Shown here piece by piece: positions 39,028 to 49,699 of a stretch of 64,000 nt of DNA (position 1 is the stretch's first letter; every line of letters starts with the position of its first letter). The notes beneath the pieces are model-generated. The model did no database searches. It saw only the letters and a list, made by a program, of their open reading frames with translations, and was not told where the DNA came from. Source of the DNA: Candidatus Latescibacterota bacterium. GTDB lineage: Bacteria > Latescibacterota > UBA2968. The stretch covers positions 1,152,001-1,216,000 of the forward strand of contig OZ242195.1 in NCBI GenBank assembly GCA_965205975.1, written 5' to 3'. The translations under genes and the position numbers were made by a program.

Positions 39028-40833
39028 ATGGATGTGTTGCTGGATGATGTCAAATTGCCGTCGCATTTAGATCGTCTGACAGATACGGCTCTGGATCTCA
39101 AGCGCGTTCAGGGTATGGTGCGCGTTGGTCCCGATGTGTTATTTGTGATATTGAGTGGCTCCTTGTTCAAGTTGACCGCAGAGAGGGCTGTGCTCGAACC
39201 CGTGTTTGATTCTGTGACGCGAATTTGGCCGGCTGATGATAATTGTGCGCTGGTCGAATCTGAAGGTGCGCTGTGGCGGGTTGATCTGGATGGTACAAAG
39301 GGGCGTTTGCTCACCATTCCCAAAGGGACGATTTCCTATGATGTCAAATGGGGCATACGGGGCCTGGTTGTAGGTGCGCTTGTGGATCGCCGCGCATCTG
39401 TGGATCCCAAAGCACCTTATTTTTATCCTGCGCCGAGAGAAAAGGTCACGCTGTGTCGATATGCTTCAATTGAAGGGTGGCACGATCTTGCCGATGTGCC
39501 AGAAGGATGTGGGAACCTGAGTATGTGTCGATATGGCCGTCGAATCGCGTGGCGGGAATCCCTCAATGTGATTCCCGAAGAAGCGCAGCGGGGAGAGTTT
39601 TACGGCTTTGATTTGAATACAAATGAGGTGCGAAAGTTGACCGAGGGCGCGGGCAAAGCCGGGCGCGCGGTGATGGCTTCGGATGGCTCTGCGCTGCTTT
39701 ACGAAGCCAATCACGAGGCGGTGTATCCCATTACAACGCATACGGATTTGTGGTGGTTGTCCTGGGATGGCAGCGAACGGGTGAATCTCACAGAGGGTGG
39801 GCGTTGTATTGCGCGCTTTGGCTGGGGACCCCGCGAAAAGACCGCCTGGGTATCGTTTGTAGAGGGTTTGGAAACGCAGACGGAAGTGCTGGCTCTGGAC
39901 GGGATACCAGAGGGGACATTTGGTGATCTGGATGCGGTATCAGATATTGTGTGGATGCCCGATGGCCTGGCTATTTTTGAAACCGAAGATGCAGAGCGAT
40001 TCCCCGCTATTTGGACAGGAACGCGCCGGGTGCCCTTGCCTCAGCCAGCGAATTACGAAGATTTGCGCGTTTTAGAAATGGAGTGGGAAGCTCCCGACGG
40101 CATGGAGATTGAGGGGGTACTCTACGAAGCAGATGGCCTCAGAGGCTCTGCCCCGTTGCTGGTTTCGGCACACGGGGGACCTGCCGCGCCGGTGGAGAAT
40201 GTGCGCAGTGAGGCGGTCCGATATCGCCACTTGTTGCGGGCGGGCTACCGGGTTTTTCGTCCGGCATTTCGGGGGTCTCTGGGTTTTGGAGATGATTTCG
40301 CGCGGAGCAATATCGGATGCCAGGGGCGGGCCGATCTCGAGGATATTATTTCGGGTGTTGATTTTTTGGTTGAAGAGGGTCTTGCAATAAAAAATCGGGT
40401 GGGTATTTTCGGGGCGTCTTACGGGGGATATATGACTTTGCGGGCACTATCTGTGACGGATCGATTTCAGGCGGGTGTCGCGCTTTTCGGTTTTATCGAC
40501 AACCGGCGGATGACCCTGGAGACGGGTGATTTTACCTATGAGACAGAGTATTTGGAACCGCTATCGTGGCCGATTACAGAGCGTACGCGCGGGGGCGATG
40601 TGTTTCCCAATTTGGGCGCAATTCGCACGCCGCTTCTGTTGTTGCACGGCGACCAGGATCCGATCTGTCCGCTGTCGGAGTCCAAAGTCACTTGTCGCGC
40701 ACTGGAAGCACTGGGGGTGCCGGTGGGCCTTGTGGTGTATCCGGGTGAGGGTCATGGGTTTCGGAAAGAGAAAAATCGCCGCGATAGTGCGAGGCGGACG
40801 TTGGCATGGTTTTTGAATTATTTGTCTCCGTGA
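39028..40833 (+). CDS. S9 (prolyl oligopeptidase family) peptidase
   Basis: HGGP, GASYGG, HGDQD, EGHGF. Confidence 0.9.
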   Translation: MDVLLDDVKLPSHLDRLTDTALDLKRVQGMVRVGPDVLFVILSGSLFKLTAERAVLEPVFDSVTRIWPADDNCALVESEGALWRVDLDGTKGRLLTIPKGTISYDVKWGIRGLVVGALVDRRASVDPKAPYFYPAPREKVTLCRYASIEGWHDLADVPEGCGNLSMCRYGRRIAWRESLNVIPEEAQRGEFYGFDLNTNEVRKLTEGAGKAGRAVMASDGSALLYEANHEAVYPITTHTDLWWLSWDGSERVNLTEGGRCIARFGWGPREKTAWVSFVEGLETQTEVLALDGIPEGTFGDLDAVSDIVWMPDGLAIFETEDAERFPAIWTGTRRVPLPQPANYEDLRVLEMEWEAPDGMEIEGVLYEADGLRGSAPLLVSAHGGPAAPVENVRSEAVRYRHLLRAGYRVFRPAFRGSLGFGDDFARSNIGCQGRADLEDIISGVDFLVEEGLAIKNRVGIFGASYGGYMTLRALSVTDRFQAGVALFGFIDNRRMTLETGDFTYETEYLEPLSWPITERTRGGDVFPNLGAIRTPLLLLHGDQDPICPLSESKVTCRALEALGVPVGLVVYPGEGHGFRKEKNRRDSARRTLAWFLNYLSP

Positions 40834-42026
40834 GGATAGTGATTGTAGTTCGCCATGTCATAAGGCTGCGTTGAGATTGCCCAACTGACGCCGAGTTCCG
40901 AGAAGAGTTTGCCGGTGTGAAAGCTGTGGTCTAACAGGTTGTCCAGGCCCTTGATGATGTGGAAGGTCGCGCCATCGCGTTTGACGCCTTTAATTTCACT
41001 GCGATCAACTGTGACGATATTGGGGCAGCTTTCGTGTGCGCCATTGACGCACAGGGTTTGTGCGCGTGCGACTTCTGGCGGGCACAGGGGGGTGGCGTTA
41101 TTTTGCATTACGTCGATGGCGTTGTGAAACGGGCCGTGGTGATCGCGCAAGTCGTGCTCTTCAAAGGATTCTGTGCTGCCGTCGTTATAGCGAATAATTG
41201 AACCTGGACGGCTCCATTCGACTGTTCCACGCTCGCATTGGAGTTGCATGAAGGGGTTGAAGTTTTCATGTGTGGAATGGGAGAGGCCGATGAGGACGTC
41301 AACGCCATTTGCCAAAATGCGGAGTACGGCTGTGTCGAGTGTCTGGATATCGCGTGCGCGATAGAGTTCGGCCTGTACGGTCTCGGGCATGGCCGATTCG
41401 TGATGGGTTGCGCCGCACAGGTACATGGCATTGTTGAGGTCGTGCGCCATGGCGTTGTTGATTGGGCTGTCGAGAACCCATGTGCCGTCGTCAAGTGTGA
41501 GTCGTCCTGCCCAGGTATTGCGGTTGTAATACAGGTTGTTGCGCGGCCATCCGCCTTTGATGCGAATGGCGTGCAACTTTCCCAGCCGCCCATCCAACAA
41601 GCGGGTTTTGATGGTCTGGATACTGGGTGCGTAGATCGATTGATATCCGATGAGCGCGATTTTGCCCGTTTTGTTTTTTATATTTATTAAGTGGTTGGCG
41701 TCCTGTACCGTGGCTGATAGTGGTTTTTCACAGATAACATTGAATCCCGCTTCGAGCGCTGCAACGGAATAGGGGACGTGATAGTGAATGCCAATAGGCA
41801 GGGTGACGTAGTCTATGCCTCCTGCGCTGAGGAGGTCGTCATAAGTGTCGTAAACGCGGACTTTGCGGGTTTTAAATTCGGCGAGTTTTTCGGGATGATT
41901 TTCCGGGTCAATAACAACGGCGGCATCAAGGCGTGCGCGTCCTTTTCGTTCGAGTGCTTCGACAGAGCGTACGTGTGTTTGGCCAAAACCGCCAATGCCA
42001 ACAATGCCAAATTTTACGGGGTTCAT
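40818..42026 (-). CDS. Gfo/Idh/MocA oxidoreductase
   Basis: GIVGIGGFG, CEKP; AAAGGAG RBS. Confidence 0.9.
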   Translation of the reverse strand: MNPVKFGIVGIGGFGQTHVRSVEALERKGRARLDAAVVIDPENHPEKLAEFKTRKVRVYDTYDDLLSAGGIDYVTLPIGIHYHVPYSVAALEAGFNVICEKPLSATVQDANHLINIKNKTGKIALIGYQSIYAPSIQTIKTRLLDGRLGKLHAIRIKGGWPRNNLYYNRNTWAGRLTLDDGTWVLDSPINNAMAHDLNNAMYLCGATHHESAMPETVQAELYRARDIQTLDTAVLRILANGVDVLIGLSHSTHENFNPFMQLQCERGTVEWSRPGSIIRYNDGSTESFEEHDLRDHHGPFHNAIDVMQNNATPLCPPEVARAQTLCVNGAHESCPNIVTVDRSEIKGVKRDGATFHIIKGLDNLLDHSFHTGKLFSELGVSWAISTQPYDMANYNHYPHGDK

Positions 42027-42112
42027 AAATTGCTCCTTTGTGAGAGAATAATAAAGAAAACAAAAGCCATTGCACGAGCAACTAAAATTAGTGGCACAAA
42101 TCTCAGGGGGAC

Positions 42113-43090
42113 ATGATGAAGGACATTTTATCTGTTGGGCTGATTGGTGCAGGTTCGAATGCGGGGGGACATGCACGCGGTATTGCGGCGAATGAGAATA
42201 TTCGTCTGGCGGCGGTTATGGATATTGACCCCAGTCGGGCAGAGGCTCTTGCGACTGAGCACAATGCCCGCGCTTATGGGGTGTTGGAGGATTTATTGAG
42301 TGATCCCGAAGTGGAGGCCGTACATGTGTGTTCGATCCACAAAGTACACGCCGAGCAGGTGATTGCCGCAGCGCGTGCTGGAAAACATGTGCTGGTTGAA
42401 AAGCCAATGGCACTGTCTGTAGCCGAATGCGATCGCATGATTGCGGCGTGTGAAGATGCCGGTGTGGTGCTGATGGTCGGGCAGGTGATGCGGCACTTTC
42501 CCGTGAATTTGAGGGTGAAGGCGCTGATTCAGGAGGGTGCAATTGGCGAGGTCGGGCACATGATCCGCAGGCGATACGGCAATTTTGATCCTCCGGACCG
42601 ATCCTGGTATCTCGATTTAGAATTGGGCGGTGTTTGTGTTTTGTATTGTTTTGGTCCGCACGAATACGATATTTTACCCTGGTATATCGATTCCCCCGTG
42701 GTTAAGGTATATTCGCAGGGCAGTGAAAGCGCAGAGCGGTACGCAGGGCAAAAGGATTCTTATTCGACGATTATGAATCACAAAGATGGTACAGTGAGTG
42801 TGCTGACGCAAACTGTGGTGACGCACACCAGCGCACATGATACGTATATTATGGGTAGTGAAGGGTCTATTTGGATGACCAATCAGAAATTGATGGTCAA
42901 TGGCAAAGAAGTGCCCATAGATGAGACCTCGCGGGTAGGGATGCCCAGTCAGATTGCCGAATTTGTAGATTGTTGTCTCAATGGAAAAGTACCCGATGCC
43001 AATGGCAGGTCTGTGCGGCATACGATGGCTGTGATTGAGGCGGTGAAGCTCAGTGCCGAGAGTGGTGAACCAGTGATGGTGGACGAATAG
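42113..43090 (+). CDS. Gfo/Idh/MocA oxidoreductase
   Basis: GLIGAG, GKHVLVEKPMA. Confidence 0.9.
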   Translation: MMKDILSVGLIGAGSNAGGHARGIAANENIRLAAVMDIDPSRAEALATEHNARAYGVLEDLLSDPEVEAVHVCSIHKVHAEQVIAAARAGKHVLVEKPMALSVAECDRMIAACEDAGVVLMVGQVMRHFPVNLRVKALIQEGAIGEVGHMIRRRYGNFDPPDRSWYLDLELGGVCVLYCFGPHEYDILPWYIDSPVVKVYSQGSESAERYAGQKDSYSTIMNHKDGTVSVLTQTVVTHTSAHDTYIMGSEGSIWMTNQKLMVNGKEVPIDETSRVGMPSQIAEFVDCCLNGKVPDANGRSVRHTMAVIEAVKLSAESGEPVMVDE

Positions 43091-43137
43091 ACGAATAGAC
43101 GAATAGACGAATAGACGAATAGATGAATAGACGAATG
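43082..43137. repeat. 8-bp tandem repeat (GACGAATA) x7
   Basis: Five perfect plus two variant units starting in the last codons of the upstream gene; inverted related units (ATTCGTTG) at 43171-43200. Confidence 0.95.
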
Positions 43138-43212
43138 GCAATACATACTGATTTTGGGAGGATGGGTGGGATTCGTTGATTCGTTGATTCGCAAATTCGC
43201 AGGAGAGGATGT

Positions 43213-44673
43213 ATGAACCAACCCAATATAATCGTTATTATGAGCGATCAGATGAAGGCAACGGCGAGCCATTTATACGGCAGTGCGTTTTGTCAGACGC
43301 CGTCGTTAGAGCGGATGGCGAATGAGGGCGTGTTGTTCAAACACGCGGTTACGCCGCATCCGCTGTGTGTGCCGTGTCGCATTTCGTTTTGGACTTCGCA
43401 ATTTCCGCATTCGCACGGTGGGCGGCGAAATCAGACGCTGATGCCTGGGGATGCCACGCATGCGTTTAAGCTGTGGAAAGCGGCGGGGTATCGGTGTGGT
43501 CTGATTGGGAAAAATCACTGTTTTGAGGAAAAAAGCGATCTCGATTTGTTCGATGTGTGGTGTGAGATCGGACATGGCGGATTGCCCAGAGATGCCGCGA
43601 CAAAGGGGATGGATTGGTTTCGGTCTCGTGAGTCGATTGATGCAGCACATGCGGTGAGAAGGAATTTGCCGGATATTAGTCCGCAGTTTTCATACTCGGT
43701 TAGCGATTTTCCGCTGGAGGATTATTCGACCGGTTTGGTGGCGGGACAGACTGTGCGGTTTTTGGAGCAATTTGGCAATGATCCGTTCGCGCTGTGGGTT
43801 TCCATTCCCGATCCTCATACGCCGTATGAATGTCCCGAGCGGTATGCGATTGCACCCGATAATGTGGTGATGCCACCCTGGCGAGTGGATGAGTATAGCG
43901 ATGGTACAGCACCCGAACGCAACCGGGTATTGCATGCGATGATTGGGGTGGAAGAGGATCCGATTGAAGACGTAAAGGGTTGCGTGGGGGTGTATCACGG
44001 GATGGTGCGTTTTTTGGACGATGGCGTGGGGCGGATTTTGGATGCGCTGGATCGGCTCAATTTGCGCGAAAATACGATTGTGATTTTTTGTGCCGATCAC
44101 GGCGATTTTTCGGGCGAACACGCGCAGATCGCCAAGGGTGGCGCGTTTTACGATTGTCTGACGCGCGTGCCGCTTATCGTGTCGTGGCCGGGGCAGATTC
44201 CGCAGGGTGTGGTGGATGAGAGTTGTGTCAATTTGATCGATATTGTGCCGACGATTTTGCAATTGCAGGGGCACGATGTGCCGCGTTCTATGCACGGGGA
44301 GGGGTTGCCCACGGTTACGGATACCGCACCGAGAGATGCGGCGTTTTCAGAATACGGCGCAGGTGGACCGGCATTTACAATGGCGGATTTGGAACAGTTT
44401 GAGAAGCCCTGGGGGCGGCGGGCTATTGCACAGTCTTTGCAATGGCGCGAGGCTGAAGGGCGCCGCAAGATGGTGCGTACTGCCGAATGGAAGTACGTGC
44501 ATGATCAGATGGGGGATCTGGATGAGTTGTACGATCTGGTAAACGATCCGTGGGAATTGTACAATGTGATGGATAATGCCGGCCACCGCGATATCATCGC
44601 AGATTTACAATTAAAATTGGCGGATTGGAGTATTCGCACAGAAGATGCGAGACCCGTTCCAATGCCGGAGTGA
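43213..44673 (+). CDS. Sulfatase
   Basis: QPNIIVIMSDQ, CVPCR, GKNH, ADHGD. Confidence 0.92.
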   Translation: MNQPNIIVIMSDQMKATASHLYGSAFCQTPSLERMANEGVLFKHAVTPHPLCVPCRISFWTSQFPHSHGGRRNQTLMPGDATHAFKLWKAAGYRCGLIGKNHCFEEKSDLDLFDVWCEIGHGGLPRDAATKGMDWFRSRESIDAAHAVRRNLPDISPQFSYSVSDFPLEDYSTGLVAGQTVRFLEQFGNDPFALWVSIPDPHTPYECPERYAIAPDNVVMPPWRVDEYSDGTAPERNRVLHAMIGVEEDPIEDVKGCVGVYHGMVRFLDDGVGRILDALDRLNLRENTIVIFCADHGDFSGEHAQIAKGGAFYDCLTRVPLIVSWPGQIPQGVVDESCVNLIDIVPTILQLQGHDVPRSMHGEGLPTVTDTAPRDAAFSEYGAGGPAFTMADLEQFEKPWGRRAIAQSLQWREAEGRRKMVRTAEWKYVHDQMGDLDELYDLVNDPWELYNVMDNAGHRDIIADLQLKLADWSIRTEDARPVPMPE

Positions 44674-44684
44674 GGGATATAACT

Positions 44685-45635
44685 ATGAGCCAACCGCATC
44701 CGGAAATACAGAAATTCGTACAGACATTTGAAAACGCGATGCACGAGGATGGTCTGACTGATTTGCACAGCGGAGGGGTGGCAGCCGCAAGAACTTTTAA
44801 CGATTCGCGCAAAATGCCAGATGATATGTTGCCGCCTATTTATCATGTGGAAGATAGCGCTATTTCAGGTGAAACGGGGGAGATCCCCATTCGCATTTAT
44901 CGCCCCAATGAAGATCAAGAATTGCCGCTTCTCATGTGGTTTCACGGCGGGGGATGGGTGCTGGGCGATCTGGATACTGGGGAGTTTAAATGCAGAAAAC
45001 TCGCGCATGATGTGGGGTGTGTTGTCGTTTCGGTCGATTACCGCCGTGCGCCAGAAACGCCTTTCCCTGGTGCAATTGACGATTGTTTTGCCGCTACGTT
45101 ATGGGCGGCGTCTTCAGCGGATGAATTGGGGGTTGATCCGTCCCACATTGCCGTGGCTGGCGATAGTGCCGGGGGCAATCTGGCCGCCTGTGTCGCTCTT
45201 CGCGCCCGAGATGCGGGATTAAATCTCGTTTTTCAATTGCTCGTTTATCCCGTTATTGAGGCAAATTTTGATCGTACCTCTTATTCTGATAATGCCGAAG
45301 GGTATTTGCTCACGGCCAGTGCGATGAAGTGGTTCTGGGATTGTTATGTTCCCAATATCGCAGACCGCAACCATCCCGATGTCGCGCCCATTTGCGCTTC
45401 TGATCTGTCTGGCTTGCCGCCCGCGCTGGTTATGACCGCTGAATTTGACCCTCTCCGCGATGAGGCTGAAGATTATGGCCAGGCCTTAAAAGCCGCAGGT
45501 GTTGACACTGTCACACGGCGGTATATTGGTATGACGCATGCGTTTTATATGTTGCCAACTGAAACTCCGGTTGCTGAAATTGACGCGGCGACCGATGAAT
45601 CTACTGAGGCATTGCGCTGGGCTTTTAATAAGTAG
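44685..45635 (+). CDS. HSL-family esterase/lipase
   Basis: HGGGW, GDSAGG, DPLRD, HAF. Confidence 0.92.
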   Translation: MSQPHPEIQKFVQTFENAMHEDGLTDLHSGGVAAARTFNDSRKMPDDMLPPIYHVEDSAISGETGEIPIRIYRPNEDQELPLLMWFHGGGWVLGDLDTGEFKCRKLAHDVGCVVVSVDYRRAPETPFPGAIDDCFAATLWAASSADELGVDPSHIAVAGDSAGGNLAACVALRARDAGLNLVFQLLVYPVIEANFDRTSYSDNAEGYLLTASAMKWFWDCYVPNIADRNHPDVAPICASDLSGLPPALVMTAEFDPLRDEAEDYGQALKAAGVDTVTRRYIGMTHAFYMLPTETPVAEIDAATDESTEALRWAFNK

Positions 45636-45676
45636 TCAATTTCCTCACGCGACTGATCAACAACAGGAGACCATAT

Positions 45677-46741
45677 ATGTCGTCATTAAAAGAACAATAC
45701 GTAGAAGAGGGATACCTCGTTGTCAAAGATGTGCTCAATCCCGAGCAGGACATTTATCCGTTGCAAAAAGCCTATTCTGCGCTCCTTGATGCGCTAGCGC
45801 GGATTTATCTGGTTGAGACTGATTCTGAGGCACTGGATAGATTTGATGAGATGTCTTTGCCCGAGCGGTTTGCGATGTCGCTCGGAGCCAGTCGGGGAAC
45901 GGTTTTGCACCATCTCGATCCCGTGCTGAATATCTTTGTTTCGACTTTTCAGTGGCGCAGAGACCTGCCAGATGCGCGGATTCCCGAAATGTTTGCTCTT
46001 ATGCGCCATCCAAAAGTCTTAGATGTTTTGGAAGTTCTTATCGGGCCGGAGATAGCTGCGTCGCCGATTTACCATTTTAATCTCAAACTCGCGCCCGATC
46101 ATCTCAAGCTGGCAGATCAGGTGGCAGAGTCTGTGGGTGCAGATCTATCAAAGGAAGGGTTTTATACATTTCAGGTGGGCAAAACAGGATGGCACATGGA
46201 CGCCGGTTCGGGCCTGAGAGATTCTCATGAGAGCGAGATTATCAATGCGTGGATTCCGATTACCCATGCGACCAAAGAAAATGGCTGCTTGGTGGTCATT
46301 CCCGGCAGTCACAAAGAAGGCGTCAAATACCATCCTTTTCCAGAAGATCTCGATGCGCAGGGAATTACTCTGCCCGTTGAGCCTGGAGATATTGTTTTTT
46401 TAGATAATAAAGTGATGCACAGTTCTACGCCCAACACGAGTCGTGAAGATTATCGCTGGGCTTATAATTTCCGTTATTTGCCTATTGGGCAACCCTCTGG
46501 TCGTCCGTTTATACCGGGTTTTGTTGCACGCAGCCGCTCGGCTCCAGAAACAGAATTACACAATGCCTATGTATGGAGCGCAATGTGGGTTCGCTGTCTG
46601 GATTATCTCACTGAAAAGGGCGCGCCCGCATCTTATGAAGACAGGAGCAAAATGGGCCTTGAAGAAGCGCAGGCGATTACCAGCCACTGGCGCGAACTCG
46701 CCCCCGATGTGGATGGTTGGTTGAGCCTGGGGAAGGATTGA
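45677..46741 (+). CDS. Phytanoyl-CoA dioxygenase (PhyH) family Fe(II)/2OG oxygenase
   Basis: EEGYLVV, WHMD, NGCLVVIPGSHK, MHSS..N...YR. Confidence 0.88.
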   Translation: MSSLKEQYVEEGYLVVKDVLNPEQDIYPLQKAYSALLDALARIYLVETDSEALDRFDEMSLPERFAMSLGASRGTVLHHLDPVLNIFVSTFQWRRDLPDARIPEMFALMRHPKVLDVLEVLIGPEIAASPIYHFNLKLAPDHLKLADQVAESVGADLSKEGFYTFQVGKTGWHMDAGSGLRDSHESEIINAWIPITHATKENGCLVVIPGSHKEGVKYHPFPEDLDAQGITLPVEPGDIVFLDNKVMHSSTPNTSREDYRWAYNFRYLPIGQPSGRPFIPGFVARSRSAPETELHNAYVWSAMWVRCLDYLTEKGAPASYEDRSKMGLEEAQAITSHWRELAPDVDGWLSLGKD

Positions 46742-46742
46742 T

Positions 46743-47702
46743 ATGGAGAAGGTAAAAATTGGTATTATTGGTCTCGGCTCTTTTTGTGCGGGCTATCATA
46801 TTCCGAATTTGCTCAAGAGGTCGGATGTGGAGGTTACCGCGGTTTGCGATATTTCTCAGGAGTGTTTGGACGGGCGCAATAGGGGGTTGCGGGATAGTCG
46901 GGTATTTACGGATTACCGCGATATGCTCGATCCGGATTTGATTGATGGGGTTTTTGTCAGTACGCCCAATCGGGCGCATTTCGCGTCCTGCAAGTTGGCA
47001 CTTGAGCACGGTATTCCGGCGATTGTCGATAAACCGATTACAGTGACTTTGGAGGATGCCGAGGAACTCGTGGCGTTGAGCAAGTCGCAAAATTGCATTT
47101 TGATGACGGCGTTTACACGCCATTTTATGTCCAGCACTGAGTACGTGCGCAGGCAAATTGCATCGGGGGCTGTCACCCCACAAATGCTCACGGCTGTCCA
47201 GCGGCAAAGTCCTGTCAAGCGCGGTATCGAAGACGGGGGCATGTTGCATCGGCGCACGATTCACATTACAGATGTTTTGCCGTGGATCACGGGCAAGCGC
47301 GTGGTCAGAGTAGAGGGAAAAATTCAATACGAGACCGGGCATATAGAGGAAACGCTGGTCGATATGCGTCTCGAATTTGAAGGGGGGTTGTGTGCCAGTC
47401 TGCTCTGTATCAAGACCTGCGACGAAAATCAGGATGAAGTCAACATATATACTGACAAGCAGAGTTATCGCCTGGAACGCGAACGCCTCTACACGATTAA
47501 GCGCAGGGATGGCTGGCAACGCGTGGAGAACCTGCCGGAGTACGGCAATTCGAGTGATCATTTTGTCGAGATGATTAAAGGCAATCGTCCCGAATCCGAT
47601 GCCCCTTACGCCGATCGGCACAGCGAAGATGGCCTCCAGGCACTGCGCGTTGTTTTTGCCATTCACAAAGCGGCTCAAACAGGGCGTGTGGTAGAGGTGT
47701 AG
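46743..47702 (+). CDS. Gfo/Idh/MocA oxidoreductase
   Basis: GIIGLG, STP, VDKP. Confidence 0.88.
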   Translation: MEKVKIGIIGLGSFCAGYHIPNLLKRSDVEVTAVCDISQECLDGRNRGLRDSRVFTDYRDMLDPDLIDGVFVSTPNRAHFASCKLALEHGIPAIVDKPITVTLEDAEELVALSKSQNCILMTAFTRHFMSSTEYVRRQIASGAVTPQMLTAVQRQSPVKRGIEDGGMLHRRTIHITDVLPWITGKRVVRVEGKIQYETGHIEETLVDMRLEFEGGLCASLLCIKTCDENQDEVNIYTDKQSYRLERERLYTIKRRDGWQRVENLPEYGNSSDHFVEMIKGNRPESDAPYADRHSEDGLQALRVVFAIHKAAQTGRVVEV

Positions 47703-47762
47703 TAGGGACAAAAAATTGAAAATCGTTTAGCGCAAGTACACACCTATAATAGGAAACTGCTA

Positions 47763-49253
47763 ATGCCTTCTCAACCGAATATCGTTTTTATTCACGCCGA
47801 GAGCATGGATGGGCGAAAGATGGGCTGTATGGGCCATCCCGCCATGCAAAATGCCACGCCCAATATGGATCGCCTCGCCAGTGATGGGGTTCTGTTCACC
47901 AATGCGTACACCAATTGTCCGGTGTGCAATCCGTCGCGGGCGAGCATGTGGAGTGGAAAATATCCCAATTATTACGATTGTTGGAATAATCACGAAGGGT
48001 TGCACGAGAATGTGCCCACGTACCAAAATACATTTGAGAGCGCGGGCTACCAGACCTCTGCCATCGGTCCTATAGACTACGCCTATGGCAAACACTCTAT
48101 TCGCGATCGCATTGGCTCGTGGACGCGTGCGGCCAATATTCGCCGGCCTTTGTGTCGCACGATCTTGCCGCAAGTTGTAGATGATGGCAAGGCCAATGGG
48201 CGCGATTGGGACCGGACGTATCAGGCTGTTGATCAACTGCATCAATACGCGAGGAGTGACCGGCCTTTTTGGCTTTATCTCACTACGGGATTGGTGCATC
48301 CCGCATTTACTGCTGAGAAACGCCACATGCCATTGATCGATGCGGATAATGTCGATATTCCGCCAACGTTGATGCCGCTCGAAGATACGCACAATGAAGC
48401 TATTGCTTACCAGCGCGTGACCAAAAATTGCGATAAACAGTTCTCTGAGAATATTGTTCGAGAGATTCGGCATACGTACTTTGCGATGATCGCCGCGCTC
48501 GATGAGATGGTCGGTCGGGTGCTTCAGACCGTCGATGATCTGGGGTTGCGCGATAATACGTATGTCATTTTTTCGAGCGATCACGGCGAAATGGCTGGCG
48601 ATCAAAATCAGATTCTCAAGCGTTCGATGTACGAGGCATCATCCCACGTTCCTCTCATTATTCGCGGTCCCGATGTGCAAAAAGGCGTTGTCGTCGATAC
48701 GCCCGTTTCTCTCGTTGATCTATATCCCACATTTATGGATATGGCGCGTATTCGCTATGACGATTATGCGGATAATGCAGCATATCCCGATACGCTAGAC
48801 GGCGAATCTCTATTTCCGCAACTCGTCGAGGGGACGGCACGCAAACGCGATTGGGCGATGTGCGAATACCACGGTGATCGCTGTGCCACAGGCACGTTTA
48901 TGTTGCGCCAGGGCGACTGGAAATACGTCAAGCACACGGGTTTTGAATCCGAACTCTTCAATCTCAAGGACGACCCCGACGAAACCACGGATCTCGTCCA
49001 CGAGAAACCTGAAAACGCCCGCGAATTGGATCAGGTGTTGACCAGCAATTTTGATTGCGAAGGCATTGATGCGCGGGCGAAAGAGTACGACCGCAGAAGT
49101 TTTGTCGCATGGCGCGAGCAGGCGCAAAAAGAAGGTATTTATGAGGATACAATGGCGCTCGTCTATAGCGGTCATGATCGCATTTGTATTGAGGATATTG
49201 CGCCGTGGACAGATGGGGATGAACAGCAGATTGAAGCGTGGCTGGACGAATAG
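47763..49253 (+). CDS. Sulfatase
   Basis: QPNIVFI, CNPSRASMWSG, SDHGE. Confidence 0.92.
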   Translation: MPSQPNIVFIHAESMDGRKMGCMGHPAMQNATPNMDRLASDGVLFTNAYTNCPVCNPSRASMWSGKYPNYYDCWNNHEGLHENVPTYQNTFESAGYQTSAIGPIDYAYGKHSIRDRIGSWTRAANIRRPLCRTILPQVVDDGKANGRDWDRTYQAVDQLHQYARSDRPFWLYLTTGLVHPAFTAEKRHMPLIDADNVDIPPTLMPLEDTHNEAIAYQRVTKNCDKQFSENIVREIRHTYFAMIAALDEMVGRVLQTVDDLGLRDNTYVIFSSDHGEMAGDQNQILKRSMYEASSHVPLIIRGPDVQKGVVVDTPVSLVDLYPTFMDMARIRYDDYADNAAYPDTLDGESLFPQLVEGTARKRDWAMCEYHGDRCATGTFMLRQGDWKYVKHTGFESELFNLKDDPDETTDLVHEKPENARELDQVLTSNFDCEGIDARAKEYDRRSFVAWREQAQKEGIYEDTMALVYSGHDRICIEDIAPWTDGDEQQIEAWLDE

Positions 49254-49319
49254 ACGGAGCGATGTACAACTGGCCGTTTCTCAGGCCAGTTCATAGACGA
49301 ATAGACGAATAGACGAATA
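49245..49319. repeat. GACGAATA units (1+3) flanking a hairpin
   Basis: Unit at 49245, AACTGGCC/GGCCAGTT hairpin 49268-49291, three units 49296-49319. Confidence 0.85.
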
Positions 49320-49324
49320 CTAAC

Positions 49325-49684
49325 ATGCCTATTGCACTTCTTATTGTCGATCACGGTTCGAGGCGCGAAGAAGCCAATCAGATGCTTTACGGCGTTGCCG
49401 ATATTTTGCGTCAAGAACGCCCCGAGATCATTGTCCACATCGCGCACATGGAACTGGCTGAGCCTACTATCAGCCAGGGCATTGATGCGTGTGTGCGCGA
49501 GGGGGCGAGTGAGATCGTTGTTCATCCCTACATGCTATCTCCCGGACGCCATGCCACGGAGGATATTCCGCGTATGGCAACAGAAGCGGGGGCTGCATAT
49601 CCAGATGTACGTATCCGCGTTACCGAACCTCTTGGCTTGCACGAAAAACTCTGCGAGGTTATTCTCCAACGCGCCGGGTTGTGA
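49325..49684 (+). CDS. CbiX/SirB-family sirohydrochlorin chelatase (short form)
   Basis: VDHGSR, HMELAEP, PGRHATEDIP. Confidence 0.88.
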   Translation: MPIALLIVDHGSRREEANQMLYGVADILRQERPEIIVHIAHMELAEPTISQGIDACVREGASEIVVHPYMLSPGRHATEDIPRMATEAGAAYPDVRIRVTEPLGLHEKLCEVILQRAGL

Positions 49685-49699
49685 GGGGAAGACGATTCT

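Noticed and set aside
43082..43137. CRISPR array
   Set aside because: 8-bp units without spacers; no cas genes
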